Positions 1 to 8,968 of a stretch of 64,000 nt of DNA are shown piece after piece (positions within the stretch are counted from its first letter, which is position 1; each line of letters starts with the position of its first letter). The DNA is from Gemmatimonadales bacterium. Lineage in GTDB: Bacteria > Gemmatimonadota > Gemmatimonadetes > Gemmatimonadales > GWC2-71-9. The DNA lies in assembly GCA_041577295.1 (NCBI GenBank), contig JBFGJG010000009.1, forward strand, positions 1 through 64,000, in the 5' to 3' direction. Both the position numbers and the translations under genes were made by a program. Below the pieces are notes generated by a model. That model did not search any database. It was not told where the DNA came from and saw only the letters and a list, made by a program, of their open reading frames with translations.

Positions 1-65
1 ACGGGACTCGAACCCGCGACCCTCAGCTTGGAAGGCTGATGCTCTACCAACTGAGCTACACCCGC
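1..65 (-). tRNA. tRNA-Gly(TCC), 3' end cut by the window edge
   Basis: Reverse complement GCGGGTGTAGCTCAGTTGGTAGAGCATCAGCC-TTCCAA-GCTGAGGGTCGCGGGTTCGAGTCCCGT has D arm, TCC anticodon and GTTCGA T-loop. Confidence 0.95.
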
Positions 66-112
66 GAACCCGACCTTTCCGGGCAACGCCGGCATGAGCA
101 CCCGTCCTGGCA

Positions 113-195
113 TGGTGGGGGAAGGATTCGAACCTTCGTAGGCGTTCGCCGGCAGATTTACAGTCTGCTCCCTTTGGCCGCTCGGGCACCCCACC
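113..195 (-). tRNA. tRNA-Tyr(GTA)
   Basis: GGTGGGG/CCCCACC acceptor stem, CTGTAAA anticodon loop, long variable arm, GGTTCGAATCC; no CCA after the discriminator. Confidence 0.95.
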
Positions 196-262
196 GTTGC
201 CCGCAGGCACGAAAACGGCCGGGGACGCCCCAAGCTCGCCCGGAGTCCGCCCGCGCCCGTGA

Positions 263-338
263 TGGAGCTGACGAAGGGACTCGAACCCTTAACCTGCTGA
301 TTACAAATCAGCTGCTCTGCCAGTTGAGCTACGTCAGC
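263..338 (-). tRNA. tRNA-Thr(TGT)
   Basis: 76-nt cloverleaf GCTGACG...TTTGTAA...GGTTCGAGTCC...CGTCAGCTCCA with encoded CCA; Thr-Tyr-Gly order matches the tufB tRNA cluster. Confidence 0.95.
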
Positions 339-364
339 GTAAGGCTAATTTTCGCCAGACAACT

Positions 365-393
365 AGCATAACTAGGCCGCAGAGGGGAGTCAA
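365..393 (-). promoter_or_regulatory. sigma70-type promoter of the tRNA operon
   Basis: Minus strand TTGACT-17 nt-TATGCT, 26 nt upstream of tRNA-Thr. Confidence 0.7.
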
Positions 394-429
394 CTGCTTG
401 CCACGGCGTAGAATGGCAGCCCGCCAGCC

Positions 430-1869
430 TCACCCCCCCTTTGGCTTCCACCGCGTGCCCGCGGGCGTGTCCTCCAGCTCGATCCCCCTGGCCGCCACCT
501 CCTCCCGGATGGCGTCCGCCCTTGCGAAATCGCGCGCCCGGCGGGCGGCCTCGCGGGCCGCCACCCGCTCCTTGACCCATTGCTCCAATTGAGGATCAGC
601 ATCGGTCCGCTGGGGAAGGAGATCGAGGACCGCCATCGTCCGATCGAGTGCCTCACGCGCGGCCCGCGCTTCATGCACTCGCCAGTGACCGGCATCGAGC
701 TGACGGTTCGCGGCCCTCGCGAACGTGAAGACCGCTGCCACCGCCCGGGGGGAGTTGAGATCGTCATCCAGCGCCGACTCGAAGTCGCGCATGAGCTCGC
801 GGACCTCCTCCGGCGACGAGTCGCGCCCGGCCTCGGGCTCACCAGCCCCAACGTTATCCAAGCGCTCTTTCAGGTCTCCCAAGCGGCGCACGCCCTCGAC
901 CGCACCGTCGAGCGCCTCATCGGTGAAGTTGAGCTGCTGCCGGTAGTGCGTCGAAAACATCAGCAACCGGACGGCGGCCGCATCGACTCCGTGCTCCTTG
1001 ATATCGCGCGCGGTGAGAATGTTCCCGTAGCGCTTCGACATCTTAGTTCCCTCAATGGTCAGGAACTCACCGTGCATCCAGCAGCGGGCAAACGGCTGAT
1101 CCGTGGCTCCCTCGGACTGCGCGATCTCGTTCTCATGGTGCGGGAAGATGAGATCGACGCCGCCGGCGTGAACATCCAGCGTCTCGACTTCAAACTGCCG
1201 AATCTGATCGAGGGCCATCGCCGAGCACTCCAAGTGCCACCCCGGCCGCCCCCGCCCAAAGGGCGCATCCCACGCAGCACCTACCGCCTCGTCCACTTCG
1301 GTGGCCCGCTTCCAGAGAGCAAAATCGCGCAGATCCTCCTTGCCGTACTCATCAGTGGCCACCCGCGCTCCCGTGCGGAGATCCCGCTTGTCGAGCTGGG
1401 CCAAGCGGCCGTAGGCCTGAAAACGATTGACCGCGAAATAGACCGAACCGTCCTCCCCTACATACGCCAACCCGCGATCGAGCAACCGCGCCACGAGCGC
1501 GACCATCGGCGCGATATACGCCGTGGCGCGGGGGTAGGCATCCGCCGGGCGGATGCGTAGGTAATCTCGATCCTCGAAAAACGCCTGGACAAACGGCGCA
1601 ACGTGCTCGCGCAGCGTCACGCCGGCAGCCGCGGCCGCCTTGATGGTCCGGTCGTCGACGTCGGTGAGATTCATGATCTGGAAGACGTTGTACCCGCGAT
1701 ACTCGAGATAGCGTCGCAACAAGTCCTCGAACAAAAACGTTCGGAAGTTGCCGATGTGCGCATAACCCCAGACCGTGGGACCGCACGTGTACATCGTCAC
1801 GCGGGGCGGGCGAAGTGGCTCAAACGGCTCGACCCGCCGGGTGAGCGTATTGTAGAGGGCCAGGCTCAC
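430..1869 (-). CDS. cysS: cysteine--tRNA ligase
   Basis: YTCGPTV, HIGN, GRPGWHLECSAM, DLIFPHHENE, KMSKR, C-terminal ADAIR anticodon domain. Confidence 0.97.
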   Translation of the reverse strand: MSLALYNTLTRRVEPFEPLRPPRVTMYTCGPTVWGYAHIGNFRTFLFEDLLRRYLEYRGYNVFQIMNLTDVDDRTIKAAAAAGVTLREHVAPFVQAFFEDRDYLRIRPADAYPRATAYIAPMVALVARLLDRGLAYVGEDGSVYFAVNRFQAYGRLAQLDKRDLRTGARVATDEYGKEDLRDFALWKRATEVDEAVGAAWDAPFGRGRPGWHLECSAMALDQIRQFEVETLDVHAGGVDLIFPHHENEIAQSEGATDQPFARCWMHGEFLTIEGTKMSKRYGNILTARDIKEHGVDAAAVRLLMFSTHYRQQLNFTDEALDGAVEGVRRLGDLKERLDNVGAGEPEAGRDSSPEEVRELMRDFESALDDDLNSPRAVAAVFTFARAANRQLDAGHWRVHEARAAREALDRTMAVLDLLPQRTDADPQLEQWVKERVAAREAARRARDFARADAIREEVAARGIELEDTPAGTRWKPKGG

Positions 1870-2837
1870 GACGTCGGCTCCCGCGCACGCTCAGCCGCCA
1901 GCGCGTCGAGCAGCGTCTCCGTACTCCTGACGTGCAGCGTACGTTGCGGAAACGGGATCTCAATTCCCTCGGTATCGAACTGGTTCTTGATGCGGCGCCG
2001 TAACTCGCGGCGCACCTCGAAGTGACGGCCGGGCTTCGTTGTCGCAACGATGCGAACATTTACCGAACTCTCCCCAAGGGACTCGACCCCCCACACCGAC
2101 GGTTCCTCGACCAATCGATCACGCCATTCCGTGTCTTGCCACAGTGTGCTACCGACCTGTCGGAGAACGCGAATGACCTCATCGACGTTCTCTCGATACG
2201 CAACTCCGACGTCCAACACCGCACGCGACCAGTCCCTCGAGCGATTGCTCACCACGCTGATCGAGCCGTTGGGAATGACGTGGAGGACGCCCTCGACATC
2301 CCGGAGCATGACGACGCGGAGCGTCATGCGTTCGACGACGCCCGCCTTGCCATTGATCTCCACGATGTCGTCCACGGTGAACTGGTTCTCGAGTACGATG
2401 AAGAAACCGCTGATCACGTCCTTCACGAGACTCTGAGCACCAAACGAAATGGCGAGCCCCGCGACCCCAACCCCAGCCAACAGCGGCCCAATGGCGATAA
2501 AGAAGTTGAGAATCGTGAGCAGCGCGGCGATGGCGATGATGACAAACCCCACACTGTTGAGCAGCTGGACGATTGTCTCCGCTCGCTGATGCCGCTCGTC
2601 ATCACCCTGTTGCTCGAAGTGCCGCTGTAACCGTCCCGTGAGCACCCGGAGGAAGCGATAGGCGATCCACGCGAAGACCACGACGGCGACGGACCTGACA
2701 CCCTTCTGCAGCGCCGTGTGCCAGTCGATTCCCAGCGCGCCGGCCAAGTCCTCGATTGGCTCCGTCACCTGTTGAACCGTGTCAGCAGCTTGTGCGAGAA
2801 GTTTCGCCTGCCAGGATATGGCCACGTCGGGTTCCAC
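1866..2837 (-). CDS. MscS-family mechanosensitive channel (YbiO-like)
   Basis: GVAGLAISFGAQSLVKDVISGFFI, IPNG, GIEIPFPQ motifs. Confidence 0.92.
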   Translation of the reverse strand: MEPDVAISWQAKLLAQAADTVQQVTEPIEDLAGALGIDWHTALQKGVRSVAVVVFAWIAYRFLRVLTGRLQRHFEQQGDDERHQRAETIVQLLNSVGFVIIAIAALLTILNFFIAIGPLLAGVGVAGLAISFGAQSLVKDVISGFFIVLENQFTVDDIVEINGKAGVVERMTLRVVMLRDVEGVLHVIPNGSISVVSNRSRDWSRAVLDVGVAYRENVDEVIRVLRQVGSTLWQDTEWRDRLVEEPSVWGVESLGESSVNVRIVATTKPGRHFEVRRELRRRIKNQFDTEGIEIPFPQRTLHVRSTETLLDALAAERAREPTS

Positions 2838-2926
2838 CCTCCTAACCTAATAGGGCACAATGACTTTGAATGTAAGATCGAAACCTAGAAGATGCCCCGC
2901 TCGTGCGTCAACGGGACGACGTGGTG

Positions 2927-3655
2927 TCAGGGGCCAGTCAACACGAGCGCAACGACTGGTTGCGTCAACGCCCAAGTGATGAGCCCGCCACCGGTCAATG
3001 CCGCGACCGGCAGGCCCAGGTGCCACCGTGCGAAGTCACGTCCATCGAGAATCCAGAGACCGACCGTCCAGAGCCCGACGCACCAAAGGGAGATGAGATT
3101 GAGATGCGGTTCCAAAAGCTGGGCCCACCCCGGCGCGCCCTGGGCGGGCCAGAACAGCATCGGGCCCGTCGCGAATCGATCGGGAAGCTGCAGAATGTGC
3201 CCCGGAACGGCTGGCGGCCGCGAGAGATAGGTCAGCACCAGCTCGCCCAACCGCTCTATCACCAACGGTGCCAGGCCGAGGAGTGCCACACCGCGTAGCG
3301 CGGGCCGAGTCGCTGGAGCCAGACACAGCACGGGTTCCGCGAGCAGCACGAGCAGGACCGCGGCCAGGAGCATCGTCGGGGATGGCACGGCGCGATCGAC
3401 AACCAGGAGCCGCGTGAGACCGTCCAGCATCACCGAGACCTGCATGTCGGCCGCTGTATTCCCAGTGGGGCCAAACGCATGGGAAAGCGCGCGCATCTGA
3501 CGCGGGAGCGTTCCAAGGCCCAGGAAGGTCACGGCGACTCCCAACGCGATCGCCGTCGAGAGTACCCGTGGTTTGTCCACCACCTGGCGCATCGTACGGC
3601 GGGGATCCACGAATACTCCACCGATCCGGCGGGTGCCGCGAGCGAGGCCGATCAC
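2927..3655 (-). CDS. multi-TM membrane protein, Yip1-like
   Basis: N-terminal GVFVDPRRTMRQV resembles the Yip1 start; several hydrophobic helices; GTG overlaps the ABC ATPase stop (GTGA). Confidence 0.55.
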   Translation of the reverse strand: MIGLARGTRRIGGVFVDPRRTMRQVVDKPRVLSTAIALGVAVTFLGLGTLPRQMRALSHAFGPTGNTAADMQVSVMLDGLTRLLVVDRAVPSPTMLLAAVLLVLLAEPVLCLAPATRPALRGVALLGLAPLVIERLGELVLTYLSRPPAVPGHILQLPDRFATGPMLFWPAQGAPGWAQLLEPHLNLISLWCVGLWTVGLWILDGRDFARWHLGLPVAALTGGGLITWALTQPVVALVLTGP

Positions 3656-4566
3656 GGATCGGCCCGCTCCGCGGCGAGCAACAGGTCTTCCAAAGCGCGG
3701 TACCGAACACACGAAGCCGCAACCACCAGGCGGTCTCCGCGAGAGGCCGCGAGCAGCTGTTCGACCGTAAGCCCGCGGGTAAGCGGGACTGCGACGCCGG
3801 TCGGCGTGCGACGAGCGCCTGGATATCGGCGCAGGAAACGCTCGAGAGCGGGTGCGGCAGGGTTGGCGAATGACAACTCTGCCACTCGCGCCGACAGAAA
3901 AACCGATGTGGCAACGTCCGCGAGTAGGCGCCCACGAAAGAGGACAAGGACGCGAGTGGCGAGCCGCTCCACGGTGGCGAGATCGTGCGACGCGATCAGC
4001 ACGAGCCGGCCGTGTCCCGCCAGATCAGCGATCCGATCTCGCAACCGCCCGAGCACGAGCGGATCAGTGCCGCTCAACACTTCGTCCAGCACCAAAACGG
4101 TCGGTCCGTTGATCACCGCCGCCGCCAGAGCGAGCCGTTGCGTCATCCCTCGCGAATAGCTGCCGATCCGACGGGTGACGAATGTACTGAGCTCTGCCAT
4201 CTCAATGACTTCGGCCACGAGGCGTTCGCTCGCAGTGAGCGATGGCGCCCGGTGACATGCGAAGTATCGCAGCAACTCGAGACCGGTGAGTTCACCGGGG
4301 GCGAGGGTTGGATCCGGGGCCTGCCCCACCGCGCGCCGGGCGCCTAGCGTACCAGCGCGCCGCGAGGCCACATGGAGCACACCACTCGTCAGGGCGAGAT
4401 CTCCGGTGATGAGCCGGAGCAGTGTGGTTTTGCCGGCGCCATTGGGGCCGATGATGCCGAGGATCTCCCCGGCGTTCGCACGAAACGAGATACCGGACAC
4501 CGCGACGCGGCGTCGCGGACCGAAGCCGAACACCCGGCGGACTGTTGAACAGACGAGGGTGCTCAC
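3652..4566 (-). CDS. ABC transporter ATP-binding protein
   Basis: Walker A GPNGAGKTT, signature YSRGMTQR, Walker B LVLDE, H-loop ASHDL. Confidence 0.9.
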   Translation of the reverse strand: MSTLVCSTVRRVFGFGPRRRVAVSGISFRANAGEILGIIGPNGAGKTTLLRLITGDLALTSGVLHVASRRAGTLGARRAVGQAPDPTLAPGELTGLELLRYFACHRAPSLTASERLVAEVIEMAELSTFVTRRIGSYSRGMTQRLALAAAVINGPTVLVLDEVLSGTDPLVLGRLRDRIADLAGHGRLVLIASHDLATVERLATRVLVLFRGRLLADVATSVFLSARVAELSFANPAAPALERFLRRYPGARRTPTGVAVPLTRGLTVEQLLAASRGDRLVVAASCVRYRALEDLLLAAERADP

Positions 4567-5360
4567 GCGACGTTCCGTACTCGCGGGTGGCCAGGCGGGA
4601 CGCGAACGATTGCCGCGGACGTGACGGCTACGCCTAGCAGAACCCAGGCGAAGAGGAAACCCAGATCTTCACCCGCCCTCCACGCCATGGGCAAGAGGTT
4701 CCATGCCCACAGAACCGGACGGAGCAACGCGGGCCAGTCCGAGAGCGCGTTCATGACAACGGACGGTGGGGTAGTCCCCATCCACACGGTCACCAACCCG
4801 CTCGCGGCTGCACCGCTGGAGCCGATGAATGGCGCCAGGGACATCACGAACGACCCGAGCGCCGATACGTACACCACAATGGTGACGGCGAGTGGCAGGC
4901 TCGCGACCAGGTTCCCATGCGCGAGGGTGAGCACCGCGGCGATCAACAACGTGACGGCACCGATCACCAACCATGCACCCATCAGCCTGCCGACCGGCAC
5001 AATCCACCACGGGGCGCAAGCCCATCGTGCTGCTGTGAGGGCGGCCCCCGGACACAGCAGCCGAGAACAGGCTACGGCGGCGATCGATCCCGCGCAAAGC
5101 AAAATCAGGCCAGAGGCGGCGACGGCATCGCTGCTTCTCCCAACGGACGCAACCAGGAGGATGGCGGCGACCAGCACCGCGGCGAGGTAGATGGCCCGGT
5201 CGCGAGTCACGAGTCGGAACCCCAACACACATTCAGCGTAAAGGCGTTGAGCATCACGGGGTGGATGGCGGGGCTGGGCGGGGGGCTCCGGGCCCCCCGC
5301 CACCGCCTGACCGGTCTGGTGTGGCGATGAACGGTCGTTGGATCCGTCGCCTTGGAACAC
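4563..5360 (-). CDS. putative ABC-2-type permease (start uncertain)
   Basis: About 6 hydrophobic segments; stop overlaps the ATPase start. Confidence 0.6.
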   Translation of the reverse strand: MFQGDGSNDRSSPHQTGQAVAGGPEPPAQPRHPPRDAQRLYAECVLGFRLVTRDRAIYLAAVLVAAILLVASVGRSSDAVAASGLILLCAGSIAAVACSRLLCPGAALTAARWACAPWWIVPVGRLMGAWLVIGAVTLLIAAVLTLAHGNLVASLPLAVTIVVYVSALGSFVMSLAPFIGSSGAAASGLVTVWMGTTPPSVVMNALSDWPALLRPVLWAWNLLPMAWRAGEDLGFLFAWVLLGVAVTSAAIVRVPPGHPRVRNVA

Positions 5361-5387
5361 GTCAGCGCGCGGATCGGTTGGACATCC

Positions 5388-5594
5388 TCAGAAGCCGGCC
5401 GCACAGAGGGCGGCCCGAATCATATAGCAGTAGCCGCGAATCGCGATGATTTCCGGAGTCTCACCCGGAAAGTCTGCATCACACGAATCGATGGCCTCTC
5501 TCAGACACGGCTTCGGCGCCGCATCAGCCGGCACCGGATTTGGCAAAATTGTCACCACCGCGGCGAGCGCGGCGGCACTCAAGAGTCGCATCAT
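5388..5594 (-). CDS. small secreted 4-Cys peptide (68 aa, twin CX7C)
   Basis: Strong RBS GGAGGAGGAG before ATG; signal peptide ending ADA; mature APKPCLREAIDSC...GYCYMIRAALCAAGF. Confidence 0.75.
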   Translation of the reverse strand: MMRLLSAAALAAVVTILPNPVPADAAPKPCLREAIDSCDADFPGETPEIIAIRGYCYMIRAALCAAGF

Positions 5595-5758
5595 GGTCTC
5601 CTCCTCCACATGAGTGTGGTGTGGGACCGACCAGGCGGTGGTCCACGAGGGACGGCCGCACGATACGCTCGTCCTGTCCGACAGGCACATCGTTTTGTTG
5701 CTTGGTGGATCGATTTCTTGCAGGAAGAACCGCTCGGGATCAGCCGGCCACGCGGCGG

Positions 5759-6871
5759 CTACCCAGGGACGGTGATGATTGGCCGTTCACCAGTTTTCGT
5801 GTCGATGAGGACGGCGGCGGTGGCTTTCGTGATGTCGAGCTCGTGGTAGATCTCGCTGAATAGCACGTTGCGCACGACGACCATGGCCACGGCGAGGGTC
5901 GGCACGGCCACGATGAGGCCGAGGGGGCCGAGCAAGGTCGCCATGACGAGTACGCTCGCGATCGTGAGGACCGGTGGCAGGTTCACCCGGTGCTCGAAGA
6001 TGACTGGTGCCACGACGTTCGCCTCGACGAGGTGTACGATGACCCCGAGGCTCGCAACGAGCACCGCGTGGACCCACCCGGTCAGCCCGAGCACCAAGAG
6101 CGCGGGAAGCAAGGTCGAGACTATCGTCCCAAAGAACGGGACGATGGCCACAACGCCGGTGAACACCCCGAACGCCAGCGCATACGGCACCCGTAGCGCC
6201 ATGAGGCCGAGCCAGGTCAGCAGACCCAAGACGAACATCGCGAACAGCTGGGCCCAGATCCATGTGCGAATGGTGATCCCCAGGTCGGCGAGCGTGGTGC
6301 GGGCGATATGGCGTACCCGCGGTGGGAAGAGCGCGATGAGACCCTCACGGTACCGCGAGGGGTTCCGTGACAGATAGATCGCCATGGCAAACACACTGAC
6401 GAGCTCGACCGCGAGCTTTCCACCAGAAGTCAGGTAGCTGAAGAGCGACCCTCGCATCGCGTCAAGGAGCGAGCCGACGATGCCACCCCCCTGCCCTCCC
6501 GCGGTCACGCGCTCGAACACCGGATACTGTTCGGCCAGTTCGACGAGGAGGGTGTCGAGGCCCTGCACGTAACCCGGCATGGCGGCTAACAGGTCTTGAA
6601 CCTGACGCACAAACAATGGAATGATCAGCGCGCAGATTCCCGCGGTGCCGATCAGGCTGAGCACGATAGCCACAGTAAGTGACCACGCTCGCGAGAGGCG
6701 AACGTGCTCCACCAGCACATCGGTCACTGCTGAGAAATAGATAGCCACGATCGTCGCGATGAATACGAGGAGCAGGACCTCGCGAACGTGGCTGAGAAAT
6801 ATCAGCAACAAGACGGCGACGAAGACGACCGCCACCGTCGCGGCCAGCCGTCCCCACCCACCGTCGGTCAA
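5759..6871 (-). CDS. AI-2E family transporter
   Basis: IVPFFG, LVEANVVAPVI, LLGPLGLIVAVP motifs; multi-TM. Confidence 0.9.
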   Translation of the reverse strand: MTDGGWGRLAATVAVVFVAVLLLIFLSHVREVLLLVFIATIVAIYFSAVTDVLVEHVRLSRAWSLTVAIVLSLIGTAGICALIIPLFVRQVQDLLAAMPGYVQGLDTLLVELAEQYPVFERVTAGGQGGGIVGSLLDAMRGSLFSYLTSGGKLAVELVSVFAMAIYLSRNPSRYREGLIALFPPRVRHIARTTLADLGITIRTWIWAQLFAMFVLGLLTWLGLMALRVPYALAFGVFTGVVAIVPFFGTIVSTLLPALLVLGLTGWVHAVLVASLGVIVHLVEANVVAPVIFEHRVNLPPVLTIASVLVMATLLGPLGLIVAVPTLAVAMVVVRNVLFSEIYHELDITKATAAVLIDTKTGERPIITVPG

Positions 6872-7657
6872 TTACGCCTCCCGACTTCTGTCGTTTTCCT
6901 CTTCGTCTTCGTCAACGACGTCGGCGTCGGTGACATCGCCATCTCCATCGCCGCCGGGAAGCTGACGCCGTTCTTCACCGGCCGGAAGCATCCCCATCTT
7001 GCGCTTTAGTTCGAGGAGCTGCTGGTCCGCGCTCCCCTTGTACTCGAGCTGTTCGAACTGTTTGGCGAGCGTGTCACCGGTGAGTTCCCCAGCGAGCTCC
7101 GCAGCCGCTAGCGCCTGTTGTTCCATCTCCTCGATGCGCTCCTCCATCCGGTGGAACGTGTCGAACGCGCTCTTGTCCGACATCGAAGACATCGTCTCGC
7201 GAATACGGGTTTGCGCTTCGGCACGCTTCTGCCGCGCGATGAGGAGGTTCTTCTTGCGCTTGGCCTCTTCGATGCGGTCGTTGAGCTCGCGAAGGGAATC
7301 CTTGAGCGATTCAGTGTCTGCCTTGTGACGGAGCCACGTCTCGTGGAGTTGCTGGGCATGCTGGAGATGCTCATTATGACGCAGGAGCGCTTGCTTGGCG
7401 AGATCATCTCTACTCTCCTGCACCGCCAACACGGCGCGGCGCTCCCACTCGTCCGCAGCCTTTTTTTCCTTCTCCACCTGCGCCTGGAGCTTCTTCTCGT
7501 CGGCGATCGCCGCCGCGACGTCGTGCTTGGTCTTGGCAAGCTGTGATCGCATGTCCAACAACAGCTGGTCCAAAACCTTCTCCGGGTTTTCGGCCCGGCC
7601 GATGAGCGCGTTGATGTTCGCCTTGATCACTGTTACGAGACGCTGAAAAATGCCCAT
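6872..7657 (-). CDS. pspA: PspA/IM30 family protein
   Basis: MGIFQRL..IKANINALIGRAENPEKVLDQ, DDLAKQAL, long coiled coil, LLELKRKMG; acidic tail. Confidence 0.92.
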   Translation of the reverse strand: MGIFQRLVTVIKANINALIGRAENPEKVLDQLLLDMRSQLAKTKHDVAAAIADEKKLQAQVEKEKKAADEWERRAVLAVQESRDDLAKQALLRHNEHLQHAQQLHETWLRHKADTESLKDSLRELNDRIEEAKRKKNLLIARQKRAEAQTRIRETMSSMSDKSAFDTFHRMEERIEEMEQQALAAAELAGELTGDTLAKQFEQLEYKGSADQQLLELKRKMGMLPAGEERRQLPGGDGDGDVTDADVVDEDEEENDRSREA

Positions 7658-7730
7658 TCCGAGTCCGCTCCCGTTTGAGCGCGTGGCGGTCACCCGGCCG
7701 CCGTTGCGCGCTGCTGAGAAACGTGGTTGG

Positions 7731-7753
7731 TGACCCGCGGCCCCCGCGGGTCA
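7731..7753. promoter_or_regulatory. perfect 10-bp inverted repeat in the pspA leader
   Basis: TGACCCGCGG-CCC-CCGCGGGTCA. Confidence 0.45.
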
Positions 7754-7827
7754 GGATATAAGATCTCCTCTGGACCGCCAGGCCGCCACTTACCGGGAGG
7801 ATGTGGGACGGCCAGGTCTTCAGGCCC

Positions 7828-7854
7828 TACGCATGAGCGCCGCGGAGGGTGTCA
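7828..7854 (-). promoter_or_regulatory. possible ECF-sigma promoter for pspA
   Basis: TGACAC-N17-CGTA, similar to the SigW-type TGAAAC-N16-CGTA consensus. Confidence 0.3.
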
Positions 7855-7858
7855 GCCG

Positions 7859-8149
7859 TCATGACTGCGGGTCACTACGCGAAGGGGATATGGACCCCGT
7901 GTCGGGACGCCGCTCGAGCAAGCGCTCCGCAAAATCTATCCGCTCCCGTAATTCTCTGAGTTCACCCCGCAGCTGATCCAGCTCCTCATGCAGACCGAGG
8001 TAGGAGGCCCTGAGTTCATCGATCGTCTTCTTGGAGATCTCGTGACCGGAGCGAATCCGGTCGGCGATGGCAGCACCGACCGGGGAAATCGAGATCATGA
8101 AGGCCGCCAGACCACCAAAGACCAGCACGACCGCGAGAACATCACCCAC
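7859..8149 (-). CDS. single-TM coiled-coil protein, paralog 4
   Basis: TM, SPVGAAIADRI, ELRERIDFAERLL. Confidence 0.8.
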   Translation of the reverse strand: MGDVLAVVLVFGGLAAFMISISPVGAAIADRIRSGHEISKKTIDELRASYLGLHEELDQLRGELRELRERIDFAERLLERRPDTGSISPSRSDPQS

Positions 8150-8154
8150 GCCGC

Positions 8155-8430
8155 TCAGGGGCCCCCACCCCCAAGGTGCTGCTGTTCCTTGGCCTGGGTC
8201 AGAACCCGCTCCGTGAAGTCCACCCGCTCCTCCAAATCCAAGAGGCGTTCGCGAATATCCTCTGCCGTCTCCACCCGGGCCCGCAGCTCCTCGACCTCCC
8301 GCTCAAGCTTCGTGACGTCCCCACCCTGCGTCTTCCGCTCCAGCAACTGCACGAAGGCTCTGATCAGAGGAAGCCCCAGGATGATCCCGGTAGCCATGCC
8401 GGCGATGGGGATGAGGATATCCTCCAACAT
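8155..8430 (-). CDS. single-TM coiled-coil protein, paralog 3
   Basis: TM, DLEERVDFTERVL; TGATG coupling to the upstream gene. Confidence 0.8.
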   Translation of the reverse strand: MLEDILIPIAGMATGIILGLPLIRAFVQLLERKTQGGDVTKLEREVEELRARVETAEDIRERLLDLEERVDFTERVLTQAKEQQHLGGGGP

Positions 8431-8696
8431 CAATCTCCCGGGAGTCCTTCACGATGGCGCTGCTGCGCCAGGAGTCGCTCCGTGAAATCGAGGCGCTCCT
8501 CCATTTCGGTCAGGCGGATTTGAACGTCCTCCATGAGCGCCCGCACATCACTACGCAGGGCATCGAGCTCCTGCGGTGACGCGCCGCCGCCACCTCTGCT
8601 AGCGATGCGCTCACCCAGGGCTTTGCCGAACGGACCCCGGAGGATAAGCACCAGCCCGATCATGACGAAGAGCACGATGGGAATGAATTCTTCCAT
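8430..8696 (-). CDS. single-TM coiled-coil protein, paralog 2
   Basis: TM, RGPFGKALGERI, EMEERLDFTERLL. Confidence 0.8.
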   Translation of the reverse strand: MEEFIPIVLFVMIGLVLILRGPFGKALGERIASRGGGGASPQELDALRSDVRALMEDVQIRLTEMEERLDFTERLLAQQRHREGLPGD

Positions 8697-8701
8697 GACG
8701 A

Positions 8702-8968
8702 CTATCCTGGCGGGAGCTGGTTGGGATCGCGTTGGCGCGCGAGCATTCGTTCGGCAAAATCCAACCGCTCCTCGAGTTCGGTCAACCGAAACCGGAGATC
8801 GTCCACTTCACCCCGAAGCGCTTCGACCTCAGCCGCGGAACCTCCGCCGCCGCCCGGCTGGGCCAAGCGCTGGGCGAGCGCTTTCCCCAACGGTCCGCGG
8901 AGGATGGCTACCGCGGCAATGGAGACAAACAGCGATATCGGTACGAGAAATGGGAACAATGATTCCAT
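8702..8968 (-). CDS. single-TM coiled-coil protein, paralog 1
   Basis: TM, RGPLGKALAQRL, ELEERLDFAERML. Confidence 0.8.
   Translation of the reverse strand: MESLFPFLVPISLFVSIAAVAILRGPLGKALAQRLAQPGGGGGSAAEVEALRGEVDDLRFRLTELEERLDFAERMLARQRDPNQLPPG

Noticed and set aside
1..338. tRNA cluster as an island integration site
   Set aside because: No integrase or duplicated tRNA 3' end seen; context is the housekeeping tufB-type cluster. The 110-aa + strand ORF here is antisense to the tRNAs.
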